DNA from: Bryobacteraceae bacterium
GTDB taxonomy: Bacteria > Acidobacteriota > Terriglobia > Bryobacterales > Bryobacteraceae
NCBI GenBank assembly: GCA_035295745.1
Contig: DATGIL010000007.1
Location: 50,062 to 114,061 of the forward strand
Length of the DNA: 64,000 nucleotides
Direction: 5' to 3'
Part shown: positions 48,300 through 56,751 of the stretch, piece by piece
How the letters are laid out: every line of letters starts with the position of its first letter
Position numbering within the stretch: position 1 is the stretch's first letter
The notes under the pieces: model-generated
The model's database searches: none
The model's input: the letters and a program-made list of their open reading frames with translations, nothing else
What the model was told of the DNA's origin: nothing
Program-made: the position numbers and the translations under genes

Positions 48300-49259
48300 A
48301 TGGCGAAACCTCGTTTAGCCGTTGTCGGTGCGGGCCAGTTCGGACGCAATCACTGCCGTGTCATTCACGAGTCCGAGCGCGCCGAACTCTGCGCGGTCGT
48401 CGATACCGACTCCGATCGCGCCTCGCAAATCGCATCCCTCTACCAGGCGCGTCCCCTCACCGACTTTCGCGAACTGGCTGGCGTCGTGGACGCCGCGGTC
48501 GTTGCCGTACCGACTACCGCGCATGCCGAGGTAGGCACCGCGCTCCTGGAAGCTGGGATCGACCTGCTGGTCGAGAAACCGATCGCCGACGATCTTTCGG
48601 GTGCCACACGCCTGATCGATGCCGCCGAAGCCCACAGCCGGATTCTGCAAGTGGGCCACCTCGAGCGTTTTAATCCCGCAGTCGTGGAATTGGAACGGCG
48701 AGTCACCCTACCTCTCTTTTTCGAGATCCACCGGCTCAATCTATTCAGTCCACGGAGCTTAGATGTAGACGTAGTCCTGGACTTGATGATCCATGACGTA
48801 GATATTGTCTTAGCTTTGGCGCATGCCGAGCCGCAAGAGACCCTCGCAGCAGGTATCTCGGTGCTGTCGGACAAGGTCGATATCGCCAACGTTCGCTTTC
48901 AGTTCGGCAATGGCTGTGTCGCGAACCTCACCGCCAGCCGGGTCTCCACGGAACGAGTAAGGAAACTGCGTCTCTTCCAGCCACACCAATACCTGTCACT
49001 GGATTACGAGCGGAAAGACCTGGCGATCTTCACGGTCGGTGAAAACCGGCAAATCGGATTCGAGCAGGCACGGATCGTAAAAGATGAGCCGCTGAAGCTG
49101 CAATTCGAGTCCTTTCTGGATTGCATAGAAAATCGAAAATCGCCGAAATGCTCCGGCTCTTCCGCGCGTCTAACTCTGCGGGTTGCTCTGTCGATTCTTG
49201 ATAGAATCAGAGAGCACTCGGAAATCGTCTCGCGGTCTGTGGCTGGATGGAAACCCTAG
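48300..49259 (+). CDS. Gfo/Idh/MocA-family NAD(P)-dependent oxidoreductase
   Basis: MAKPRLAVVGAGQFGRNHCRVI (Rossmann GxGxxG)...EKP. 319 aa. Confidence 0.75.
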   Translation: MAKPRLAVVGAGQFGRNHCRVIHESERAELCAVVDTDSDRASQIASLYQARPLTDFRELAGVVDAAVVAVPTTAHAEVGTALLEAGIDLLVEKPIADDLSGATRLIDAAEAHSRILQVGHLERFNPAVVELERRVTLPLFFEIHRLNLFSPRSLDVDVVLDLMIHDVDIVLALAHAEPQETLAAGISVLSDKVDIANVRFQFGNGCVANLTASRVSTERVRKLRLFQPHQYLSLDYERKDLAIFTVGENRQIGFEQARIVKDEPLKLQFESFLDCIENRKSPKCSGSSARLTLRVALSILDRIREHSEIVSRSVAGWKP

Positions 49260-50311
49260 TATCATCGCCGTCGGATATCGAACTCAATCTTCTCACCGAG
49301 TGGGGCGATCCGAATACCAGTTCGCGGACGCGTAAAGCGGCAGTCTATTCGGTACTGGTGCACGTCGTGGTGATCGCGATCCTGGTGATTTTCCCTCCGA
49401 GTGTCAGCCAACGCCCGCTGGAAACCGCTCAGGTCCACCGTACCATCACGCCGCTCATCGATCCGCCCACGGAACTGACCCAGAAGGCGCCCAATCACGG
49501 CAAGATCAGCAAGGAATTCAACGCGGCCGAGATTGAGGAAAGGCCTCGCGTTCAGCTCCCGCCAGAGATTCCGTCGACGAGCCGCAAACGTCCGCAGAAC
49601 GCTGCTCCCATCCCGGCGATGACCGCGCCGAAGCCGACTCCGGCAGTCCCCCTGCCCGAACCGCCCAAGCTGGACACTGCTGCCAAGGAGCAGCCCAAGA
49701 GCGTTCTGCCGCAAGTCGCGATGGCTCCTCCGCCTCCCCCGCCGCAGATCCAGACGGAGGAAAAGCCGAAGATTGTCCTGGAGGCTCCCTCCGCTGCTCC
49801 TGCCCCGCCTCCTCCTGGCCAGAGTAAGGTTCCCATGCCGAGTTCATCGGTAGCCGACGCCATGCGGCAGGTGATTCGGGGGAATGTTTCGGGCGCGGGA
49901 ATGACGGTGGGAGACTCCGATTCCCCAGGGCAGGCGGGGTACGGCTCGGGGGTTAATCTGCCCGCCAAGCCCGGTGCTCCCGCCAGCCAGTTGCAGTTGC
50001 TGAGCGATCCCATGGGCGTCGATTTCCGTCCTTACCTGATTCGGGTGCTGACCAGCGTGAAACAGCACTGGCTGGCCGTCATTCCGGAAAGTGTCCGGAT
50101 GGGGCGCCGCGGCAAGGTGGTCCTGCAGTTTTCGATCGCGCGTGACGGGCAGGTGCCAAAATTGGTGATCGCCGACGCTTCTGGGGCGGACGCTTTGGAC
50201 CGCGCGGCGGTGGCGGGAGTCAGCGCCTCCGTCCCATTTCCGCCGCTGCCCACCGAATTCAAAGGCGATAAAATCGTATTGCAGTTCAACTTTGCGTATA
50301 ACAGCAAATGA
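49247..50311 (+). CDS. TonB-family energy-transducer-like protein
   Basis: N-terminal TM anchor (AAVYSVLVHVVVIAILVIF). Pro-rich spacer (PPEIPSTSRKRPQNAAPIPAMTAPKPTPAVPLPEPPK...PPPPPPQIQ). C-terminal TonB_C-like GKVVLQFSIARDGQV...VPFPPLP. Confidence 0.65.
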   Translation: METLVSSPSDIELNLLTEWGDPNTSSRTRKAAVYSVLVHVVVIAILVIFPPSVSQRPLETAQVHRTITPLIDPPTELTQKAPNHGKISKEFNAAEIEERPRVQLPPEIPSTSRKRPQNAAPIPAMTAPKPTPAVPLPEPPKLDTAAKEQPKSVLPQVAMAPPPPPPQIQTEEKPKIVLEAPSAAPAPPPPGQSKVPMPSSSVADAMRQVIRGNVSGAGMTVGDSDSPGQAGYGSGVNLPAKPGAPASQLQLLSDPMGVDFRPYLIRVLTSVKQHWLAVIPESVRMGRRGKVVLQFSIARDGQVPKLVIADASGADALDRAAVAGVSASVPFPPLPTEFKGDKIVLQFNFAYNSK

Positions 50312-50478
50312 CCACTGAACGGTTGAACAAGCGACTGCTGGCCGCGATGAGCACCTACGCCGTGCTCGCGGTTCTTGCCGGCACTACGCTGGACGGCGGC
50401 GTGATGCGCAACTTCATCTGGATCCTGCTCGCCGCTCTGGCCGCAAAGACTTACATCGCCTACCGCGCCGGCTGGTAA
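50308..50478 (+). CDS. Small hydrophobic ORF (56 aa), possible membrane peptide
   Basis: ATG overlaps the TonB stop (ATGA). MTTERLNKRLLAAMSTYAVLAVLAGTTLDGGVMRNFIWILLAALAAKTYIAYRAGW has two predicted TM segments. Below the ORF track size cut-off. Confidence 0.3.
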   Translation: MTTERLNKRLLAAMSTYAVLAVLAGTTLDGGVMRNFIWILLAALAAKTYIAYRAGW

Positions 50479-50540
50479 AGAGCCGCTGCCCTTGACGCAG
50501 CCACTGCCGCTTGCTTCAATCAAGTCGGCTAGAGGTTTCC

Positions 50541-51368
50541 ATGCGATCGACTTTGCTGATTGCCTTTTTTCCGGTACTGTTGTCCGCCGCTCCGGCGCTT
50601 CAGATCGTCAAGCCCATCATCAGTCAGATGGAAGGCGGTGCTTCCGATCCTGCCGGGTTCGAGCATGTTCCCGGGGAGACGCTGTACTTCTCCTGCCGGA
50701 TTGACGGCTATTTCAAGACGCCGGAGGAGAAGATCCACCTCACCTACTCCGTGCAGGCGTTTGACCCCAAAGGGATTCCGCTGACCGAACTCTACAAGAA
50801 CGAGATCATGGATGAAGTGAGCCCGCAGGATAAGGGCTGGCAGCCGCGAATCGAGACCGAATTGGCGATTCCGCCCCTGGTTGGCCCCGGCGAGTACAAG
50901 ATTCTGGTCAAGGTGGAAGATGTCTTCGCCAAGGCGTCGCAGGAACTCTCCGTGCCATTCCGCGTACGCGGCCATGAAGTGGAGCCTAGCGACACCCTCG
51001 TGGTTCGCAATTTCCGTTTCTTCAAGAATGAAGATGACAACCAGGCGCTCGCCAAGGCCGTATACAAACCCGGCGACGGGGTGTGGGCCAAATTCGATAT
51101 CACCGGATTCAAATACGGCGAACAGAACAAGATCGACGTGAGCTATGTGACTTCGGTGGTGGCGCCCAGCGGCAAGGTACTCTGGACGCAGCCGGAACCC
51201 GCTACCGAGGAGTCGGAGTCGTTCTATCCGAAGCGCTACGTCGCGGCATCCTTCGGCATCAGCCTGCAACCGAACATTCGTCCCGGCGAGTATACGATCG
51301 CGGTGCAGGTGAAGGACGCGGTGGGCAATCAGACACACGAGGCCAAGGGCACCTTCACGGTGGAGTAG
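50541..51368 (+). CDS. Hypothetical secreted protein
   Basis: Signal peptide MRSTLLIAFFPVLLSAAPALQ. About 275 aa beta-rich. No recognisable family. Confidence 0.5.
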   Translation: MRSTLLIAFFPVLLSAAPALQIVKPIISQMEGGASDPAGFEHVPGETLYFSCRIDGYFKTPEEKIHLTYSVQAFDPKGIPLTELYKNEIMDEVSPQDKGWQPRIETELAIPPLVGPGEYKILVKVEDVFAKASQELSVPFRVRGHEVEPSDTLVVRNFRFFKNEDDNQALAKAVYKPGDGVWAKFDITGFKYGEQNKIDVSYVTSVVAPSGKVLWTQPEPATEESESFYPKRYVAASFGISLQPNIRPGEYTIAVQVKDAVGNQTHEAKGTFTVE

Positions 51369-51453
51369 GCGCGGCGGACTTTCTGGCCGCAGGTTGAAGC
51401 ACCTGTGCGGTGGCGCTCTTCGCGCACGCCTGTTCGCGTAATACCCTACAGTC

Positions 51454-52956
51454 ATGGAACACGTAGTTCTGGGGGCGCAAGCCCTCACTATCGAAGAGGT
51501 GGCACGGGTTGCGCGCGACAACATCGGCGTACGCATCGCGGGCGGCGCCAAAACGCGGATCGCCAATGGGCGCGCGCGGCTCGACGAACTGCTGGCGCGC
51601 GGCGAGCGCATCTACGGAGTCAACACCGGTATCGGCGCGAATCTCGGCATCTCGCTCGAGCCCGAGCAGATGGAACTGCTGCAGAGCAACCTGGTGCGCC
51701 AACTGAGTTGCGCCACCGGCCAGCCGTTGCCCCGCGATGTGGTCCGAGCCGCCACGTTGTTGCGCATCGCGACGTTCGTGACCGGCGCCTCGGCGGTACG
51801 AAATCACCTGGTGGATGCGCTGGCGGCGCTGCTGAACCGTGGCGTCACGCCGATCGTGCCCCGCTACGGATCGGTGGGGGCGAGCGGCGACCTGATGCCG
51901 TCGGCCTACATCGCCCGCGTCCTCATCGGCATGGGTGAGGCGGAGTTTCAGGGCCATCCGATGGCGGCATCGGCCGCGCTGCACAACGCCGGCCTGCCGC
52001 CCATCCACTTCGCGCCGAAGGAAGGGCTGGCTTTGATCAATGGCACGACGTTCATGACGGCGGCCGCGTCCCTGCTCTGGCTGGACGCCCGGAGGGTGCT
52101 GCGCGCTCTCCTCGCCGCCACGGCCCTCAGTATCGAAGCCTTGCAGGCTCCCGAGCTGCCGCTCGATCCGTGGGTGCACGAATCCAAAGGCCATCCCGGA
52201 CAGATCGCGGTTGCGGCCTTCCTGCGAGAGATGCTGGTGGGGTCCGGCTATACGCGGCCGTCGAGCGGCCAGACCTGCTACTCGCTACGCTGTGCGCCGC
52301 AGGGTCTGGGGCCTGCATGGGAAGCGCTCGAAGATTCGCGGGCGGTGTTGGAACGGGAGATCAACTCCGCGAACGACAATCCGCTGATCGATCCGGATTC
52401 CGGAGTGCTATACAAGGCGGGCAACTTCTATGGCGGCCACATCGCACGACTGCTCGACACCTGGAAGATCGATTTTGCCTGCATGGGGAACTGGGGCAAT
52501 GCGCTGATGGCGCTGCTGGTGGACGATCGCTTCAATGGTGGGCTGCCCGCCAACCTTACGCCTAATCCAGGAGTCAACTCCGGGTTCAAGGGCATGCAAT
52601 TGAGCGTCACCAGCCTGACTTGCGCGATCCGCCAGATGGCGGGGCCGAGCTCGATTCATTCGCTGCCCACCGAGCAATACAACCAGGACGTGGTGAGCCT
52701 GGGGATGCACGCGGCGGTCACCGCCATGGATGCCCTCGAATGCCTGCGCAACGAGATCGCGATGCTGCTGCTGGCAGCAGTCCAGGCGGTGGATCTTCGC
52801 GGCGGCCCTTCTCCGCTCGGGGAAGGATCGCGCCGCATCTACGATGTCGTGCGGCAAGTTGCGCCGTTCCATGACGCGGATCGCGCCATGGAGAGCGAGG
52901 TGGCAGCGGTGGCGGCGAAGATCAAAGACACTGGCGCGGGCGGACTGGCGTTTTGA
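51454..52956 (+). CDS. Aromatic amino acid ammonia-lyase (HAL/PAL/TAL family, MIO cofactor)
   Basis: 500 aa. GSVGASGDLMPSAYIA contains the Ala-Ser-Gly triad that forms the MIO prosthetic group. N-terminal ...LTIEEVARVAR... Confidence 0.85.
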   Translation: MEHVVLGAQALTIEEVARVARDNIGVRIAGGAKTRIANGRARLDELLARGERIYGVNTGIGANLGISLEPEQMELLQSNLVRQLSCATGQPLPRDVVRAATLLRIATFVTGASAVRNHLVDALAALLNRGVTPIVPRYGSVGASGDLMPSAYIARVLIGMGEAEFQGHPMAASAALHNAGLPPIHFAPKEGLALINGTTFMTAAASLLWLDARRVLRALLAATALSIEALQAPELPLDPWVHESKGHPGQIAVAAFLREMLVGSGYTRPSSGQTCYSLRCAPQGLGPAWEALEDSRAVLEREINSANDNPLIDPDSGVLYKAGNFYGGHIARLLDTWKIDFACMGNWGNALMALLVDDRFNGGLPANLTPNPGVNSGFKGMQLSVTSLTCAIRQMAGPSSIHSLPTEQYNQDVVSLGMHAAVTAMDALECLRNEIAMLLLAAVQAVDLRGGPSPLGEGSRRIYDVVRQVAPFHDADRAMESEVAAVAAKIKDTGAGGLAF

Positions 52957-53105
52957 TTCGCTCCAAGGATTTGTGCGGAAGGGTACCTTCCCTGGGGCAA
53001 CCTGCCAATCCACACACACGCGCCGCGAGCGGGTCGCGTAAAATGCAGTCATCAGGAATGCAGTCCATCTGACAAGCTGATTGTGCAAATGAAGAGGGGG
53101 AGAAG

Positions 53106-53489
53106 ATGGAGACGATTTTACTGGTCGATGATGACCCGGCGATTTTGAGACTTTGTCAGCAAATATTAAGATTAGATGCATACAACGTGCTGACGGCGCC
53201 CAGCGGGGAAATGGCCCTTCGGGTCTTGCAAAGCAACAACAACCAAGTCGATCTGGCGGTACTGGATGTGATGATGCCCTTCATGAACGGCATTGAACTC
53301 GCCGGTCGCATTCAGAAAGCCAATCCGGATATCCCGGTCGTGCTCATGACGGGGTATGGCCCAGCCGAGATTGCACGCGTAGTAGGAGAAAACAATCCGT
53401 ACCGAATTATCTGGAAGCCGTTCACCAGCGAATCGCTTCGCCGCATGGTAGAGAACGTGATTTCCGCCTCGACTGGCGCCTCCGCCTGA
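53106..53489 (+). CDS. Single-domain response regulator (CheY-like receiver)
   Basis: 127 aa. ILLVDDDPAI...DLAVLDVMMP (phospho-acceptor Asp)...VVLMTGYG...IWKP. Confidence 0.8.
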   Translation: METILLVDDDPAILRLCQQILRLDAYNVLTAPSGEMALRVLQSNNNQVDLAVLDVMMPFMNGIELAGRIQKANPDIPVVLMTGYGPAEIARVVGENNPYRIIWKPFTSESLRRMVENVISASTGASA

Positions 53490-53557
53490 ACCCCGCGGCG
53501 CCCGGCAAATTTCAGCGGCCTGCTCACCAAAACACGCGGCCCCCGTCCAACTGCACT

Positions 53558-54073
53558 ATGAATCGAATCGTCGTAACCGCCGCCATGTCCACGATTGCCC
53601 TGTTTGCGTCTGTGCCGGGGTTCGCGCAAGGTCAGAGACAACCGCCGACCCCCGCACAAGCCATTCGCTCGCAGTTTCAATATGTGAACGGCAAGATTCT
53701 TGAAATGGCGGAGGACTTTCCGGAGGACAAGTACAGCTTTCGGCCGAAGCCGGAGATGCGGACGTTCGGCGAAGTGATTGTCCACATCCTCTCGGGGAAC
53801 GTATTTGCGGCAAAGGCGGGCCGCGGCGAGAAGGCAACTTGGGAGGAAGTCGATCCCAAGCTGTATCCCAATAAAGCGGCGATCGTCGAGGCCATGCGGA
53901 AGTCCATCAATGAGGCGAGCGAGGTGCTGAAGGGGATACCCGACGATCGCTTCAAAGAGACACTCGCTCCCTGGCTCTCGGTAATCGAGCATTCCGGTGA
54001 ACACTACGGTCTTCTGGTCGCCTATTACCGTTTGAATGGTCTCGTACCGCCGGAGTCGCGGCCAAAGAAGTAA
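53558..54073 (+). CDS. DinB/YfiT-like superfamily protein with signal peptide
   Basis: 171 aa. MNRIVVTAAMSTIALFASVPGFAQG signal. HILSGN...IEHSGEHYGLLVAYYRLNGLVPP resembles the DinB_2 four-helix metal-binding fold. Confidence 0.55.
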   Translation: MNRIVVTAAMSTIALFASVPGFAQGQRQPPTPAQAIRSQFQYVNGKILEMAEDFPEDKYSFRPKPEMRTFGEVIVHILSGNVFAAKAGRGEKATWEEVDPKLYPNKAAIVEAMRKSINEASEVLKGIPDDRFKETLAPWLSVIEHSGEHYGLLVAYYRLNGLVPPESRPKK

Positions 54074-54077
54074 CCAC

Positions 54078-55523
54078 CTACAGGCCGGCTTTCTTCCATA
54101 ATTCGTCGACTCGGCTCTTCACCTCTTTCGGCATCTGGATCACGCCCGGCCAGGGACGCGTAAAGCCCTCGCCGGGCCACTTGCGGGTGGCATCGACTCC
54201 CATCTTGGAGCCGTAGTTGGGAAGCCGGCTGGAATGGTCCAGCGAATCCACCGGACCCAGAACGAACTGGATGTCGCGTTCGGGGTCGATGTTGTTGAGC
54301 GCCTTCCACGCGACCTCGCTGTAGTTCTGCACGTCGACTTCCTCGTCCACAACCACAATGCATTTGGAAAACATCGCCTGCCCGGTGCCCCAGATGGAGT
54401 GCATCACTTTGCGCGCATGTCCCGGGTACGACTTGCGGATCGAGACCAGAATCAGGTTGTGAAAGATTCCCTCCGCCGGCATGGCGATGTCGCGCACCTC
54501 CGGAAGTTGGAGACGCATCAGCGGAAGGAAGATGCGCTCGATGGCTTTGCCCATGAAGTAGTCCTCCATAGGTGGCGGGCCGACGATGGTGGTGGCGTAG
54601 ATCGGATCCTCGCGTTGCGTCACGCAGGTCACGTGAAAGACGGGATACTCGTCGGCGAGGGAATAGAATCCGGTGTGGTCGCCGAATGGGCCTTCGGTGC
54701 GCAGCTCGCCCAGTTCCACGTATCCTTCGAGCACAATCTCCGCATTGGCAGGGACCTCGAGGTCGGAGGTCTGGCACTTGACCATCTCCACCGGGCTCTG
54801 CCGCAGGAATCCCGCGATCATCATCTCGTCGAGGTCCGGCGGCAGCGGCAGGATCGCGGAGTACATGGTGGCGGGGTCTGAGCCGATCGCGACCGCGATG
54901 TCCATACGGGTCCGGCCATGGTGCTGCGAGCGGCGATAGTGCTCGGCGCCTTGCTTGTGGGTCTGCCAGTGCATGCCCGCGGTACGCTCATCGAAGACCT
55001 GCATGCGGTACATGCCGCAGTTCCGCTTGCCGGTATCGGGGTTGCGCGAGAAGACCATCGGCAAGGTGATGTAGCGCCCGCCGTCTTCGGGCCAGCATTG
55101 CAGCACAGGGTAGTCGAGCAGTGAAAAGCCATCGGTGCGGACCACCTCCTGACACGGACCTTTGGCCACCGTCTTCGGAAAGAAAGCGCCCATCTCGGCC
55201 AGCTTCGGCAGCATTTTGATTTTGCCGATGAGTCCTTGCGGCATGCGCATCTCGAGGAATTCGACGATGCGGGCAGCGACCTCTTCGACAGACGCCACCT
55301 CCAGCGCCACTTCCATCTTGCGCATCGAGGCAAACGAATTGATGAGGACGGGGACGTTGTACCCCTTGGGCCTTTCGAAGAGGAGCGCCGGTCCTCCCTG
55401 CTTGACAGCGCGATCCGCGAACTCGGTGATTTCGAGGATCGGGTCGACCTCGCAAGTGATGCGCTTGAGTTCTTTGCTCTTCTCCAACGCGCGGATGAAC
55501 TCGCGCAGATCGCGATAGGCCAT
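54078..55523 (-). CDS. UbiD-family (prFMN-dependent) decarboxylase
   Basis: MAYRDLREFIRALEKSKELKRITCEVDPILEITEFADRAVKQGGPALLFERPKGYNVPVLINSFAS is the canonical UbiD N-terminus. 481 aa from the ATG at 55523; the ORF track's longer version adds an implausible Arg/Ser-rich extension. Confidence 0.85.
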   Translation of the reverse strand: MAYRDLREFIRALEKSKELKRITCEVDPILEITEFADRAVKQGGPALLFERPKGYNVPVLINSFASMRKMEVALEVASVEEVAARIVEFLEMRMPQGLIGKIKMLPKLAEMGAFFPKTVAKGPCQEVVRTDGFSLLDYPVLQCWPEDGGRYITLPMVFSRNPDTGKRNCGMYRMQVFDERTAGMHWQTHKQGAEHYRRSQHHGRTRMDIAVAIGSDPATMYSAILPLPPDLDEMMIAGFLRQSPVEMVKCQTSDLEVPANAEIVLEGYVELGELRTEGPFGDHTGFYSLADEYPVFHVTCVTQREDPIYATTIVGPPPMEDYFMGKAIERIFLPLMRLQLPEVRDIAMPAEGIFHNLILVSIRKSYPGHARKVMHSIWGTGQAMFSKCIVVVDEEVDVQNYSEVAWKALNNIDPERDIQFVLGPVDSLDHSSRLPNYGSKMGVDATRKWPGEGFTRPWPGVIQMPKEVKSRVDELWKKAGL

Positions 55524-56222
55524 AAATAACGAGTATGGCACTGCTCGCGAAGGAACGGCCTCAGAAGGGCGTAAGGACATTCGTGATGCCCTCGCCCGCA
55601 TTCCACTACGACGATGGGACGCGCCGGTGGGAGTCCCCCGGCCAGTCGAGTGAACGGAGCTTTGACGGGTGGTCACTCGGACACCTCCGGGTGTCCGGAA
55701 ATGGGACTGGGTTCCTTTGGCAAATCCACATCTGGGAATGCAGGGGCGGCCTCAACGCCGGGTTCGTCGGGGCTTGCCGGCGCGAGTGGCAACGGGTCTA
55801 CCGCCCGGAGGAGGAGGATGGCGTGGAGGGCGCGCTGGCAGGCGTTATGAAGGCGGGATTCGTATCGATGCAGAAGCCCGAATTCGGGGGAAGCCGCGAG
55901 TTTGCGGAAGGCGGCGGCTGCGCGGCTGCGGGGATCGCCATCCGCCAGAGATTCCAATTCCGTAGTCATGAGTTCGTTCTCGACGGCCCGGGCGCGAGCG
56001 ATGCACCAACAGGCGGCGCACATCTCTTCGATCGTGCTCTCCTCGCCGCCGCGGCGGGATCGAAGCGTTGCCGGTACTGATCGAGCGGGGCGGCGAAGCT
56101 CTGCTGTGACTCGCCGGGTAAGAAGATGAAGCCGGCGAGCAGGCCGTGCGTCAGCGCGTTCTGAGAAGAGCGGGTTTTTCCCACCTTCGTACAACGTTTC
56201 GGAAATACGGTCTCGTATTTTT

Positions 56223-56354
56223 GGCAAGAACACTCCCTTACGGTCGTGGCTCGTTACCTGCCCGGGCAAGAACACTCCCTTACGGTCGTGGCTCGTTACC
56301 TCCGGGCATGAACACTCCCTTACGGTCGTGGCTCGTTCGCTTGCGAGCCGCGCG
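56223..56354. repeat. Three tandem 40-42-bp copies plus a terminal stem module of the same dispersed repeat family, in inverted orientation, 400 bp upstream of cas3
   Basis: GGCAAGAACACTCCCTTACGGTCGTGGCTCGTTACC x3 (copies start at 56223, 56265 and 56305), then TCGCTTGCGAGCCGCGCG. CTCCCTTACGGTCGTGGCTCGT is the reverse complement of the ACGAGCCGCGACCGTGAGGGAG core (2 mismatches). CGCTTGCGAGCCGCGCG is the reverse complement of the CGCGCGGCTCGCAAGCG stem module. Confidence 0.7.
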
Positions 56355-56751
56355 ATGAGAGTGTAGGCCTTTGAGAACTCATATCTAAGACTCACGATAT
56401 CCGACAGAATCCAGGGGGATGCGGCGTCGGTTCAGGAAGGTCTTTCTTTTCAGTGCTGTTTTCGTCCGGATCGGTTGTGACTGGTTTCGCTATTCAGGAG
56501 ATTCAATCTGATTTAAGGGTTCGCGTGATACTGGCGGAGCGGGGCGCCGGGCGGGATTCCCTGCCCCCGGCTGGTTTCTTTCTTTTTCTTGAGAGTTCAG
56601 CACTCTGGCCGCCACTACCTATGGATTGACGGGCTGAATCCATTCAGCCGTGAACGCGACAGTTTTCGGCACAACGAGGCAGCATGAAAGAGTTTAGGCA
56701 ACGGGAAGACCGACAGATGCCGTATTCTACCTAAACAGGCCTTCGCGCAAT

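Noticed and set aside
52956-53010. Hairpin GGAAGG-GTA-CCTTCC after the ammonia-lyase gene as an intrinsic terminator.
   Set aside because: The stem is short (6 bp) and is not followed by a U-tract, so it is at best a weak terminator.
55535-56080. Plus-strand ORFs 55535-56080, 55614-55850, 55669-55965 and 56146-56358 in the ubiD-cas3 intergenic region.
   Set aside because: Their composition is low-complexity Gly/Arg/Ala-rich, partly repeat-derived (56146-56358 translates the 40-bp repeats), and no family resemblance is evident.
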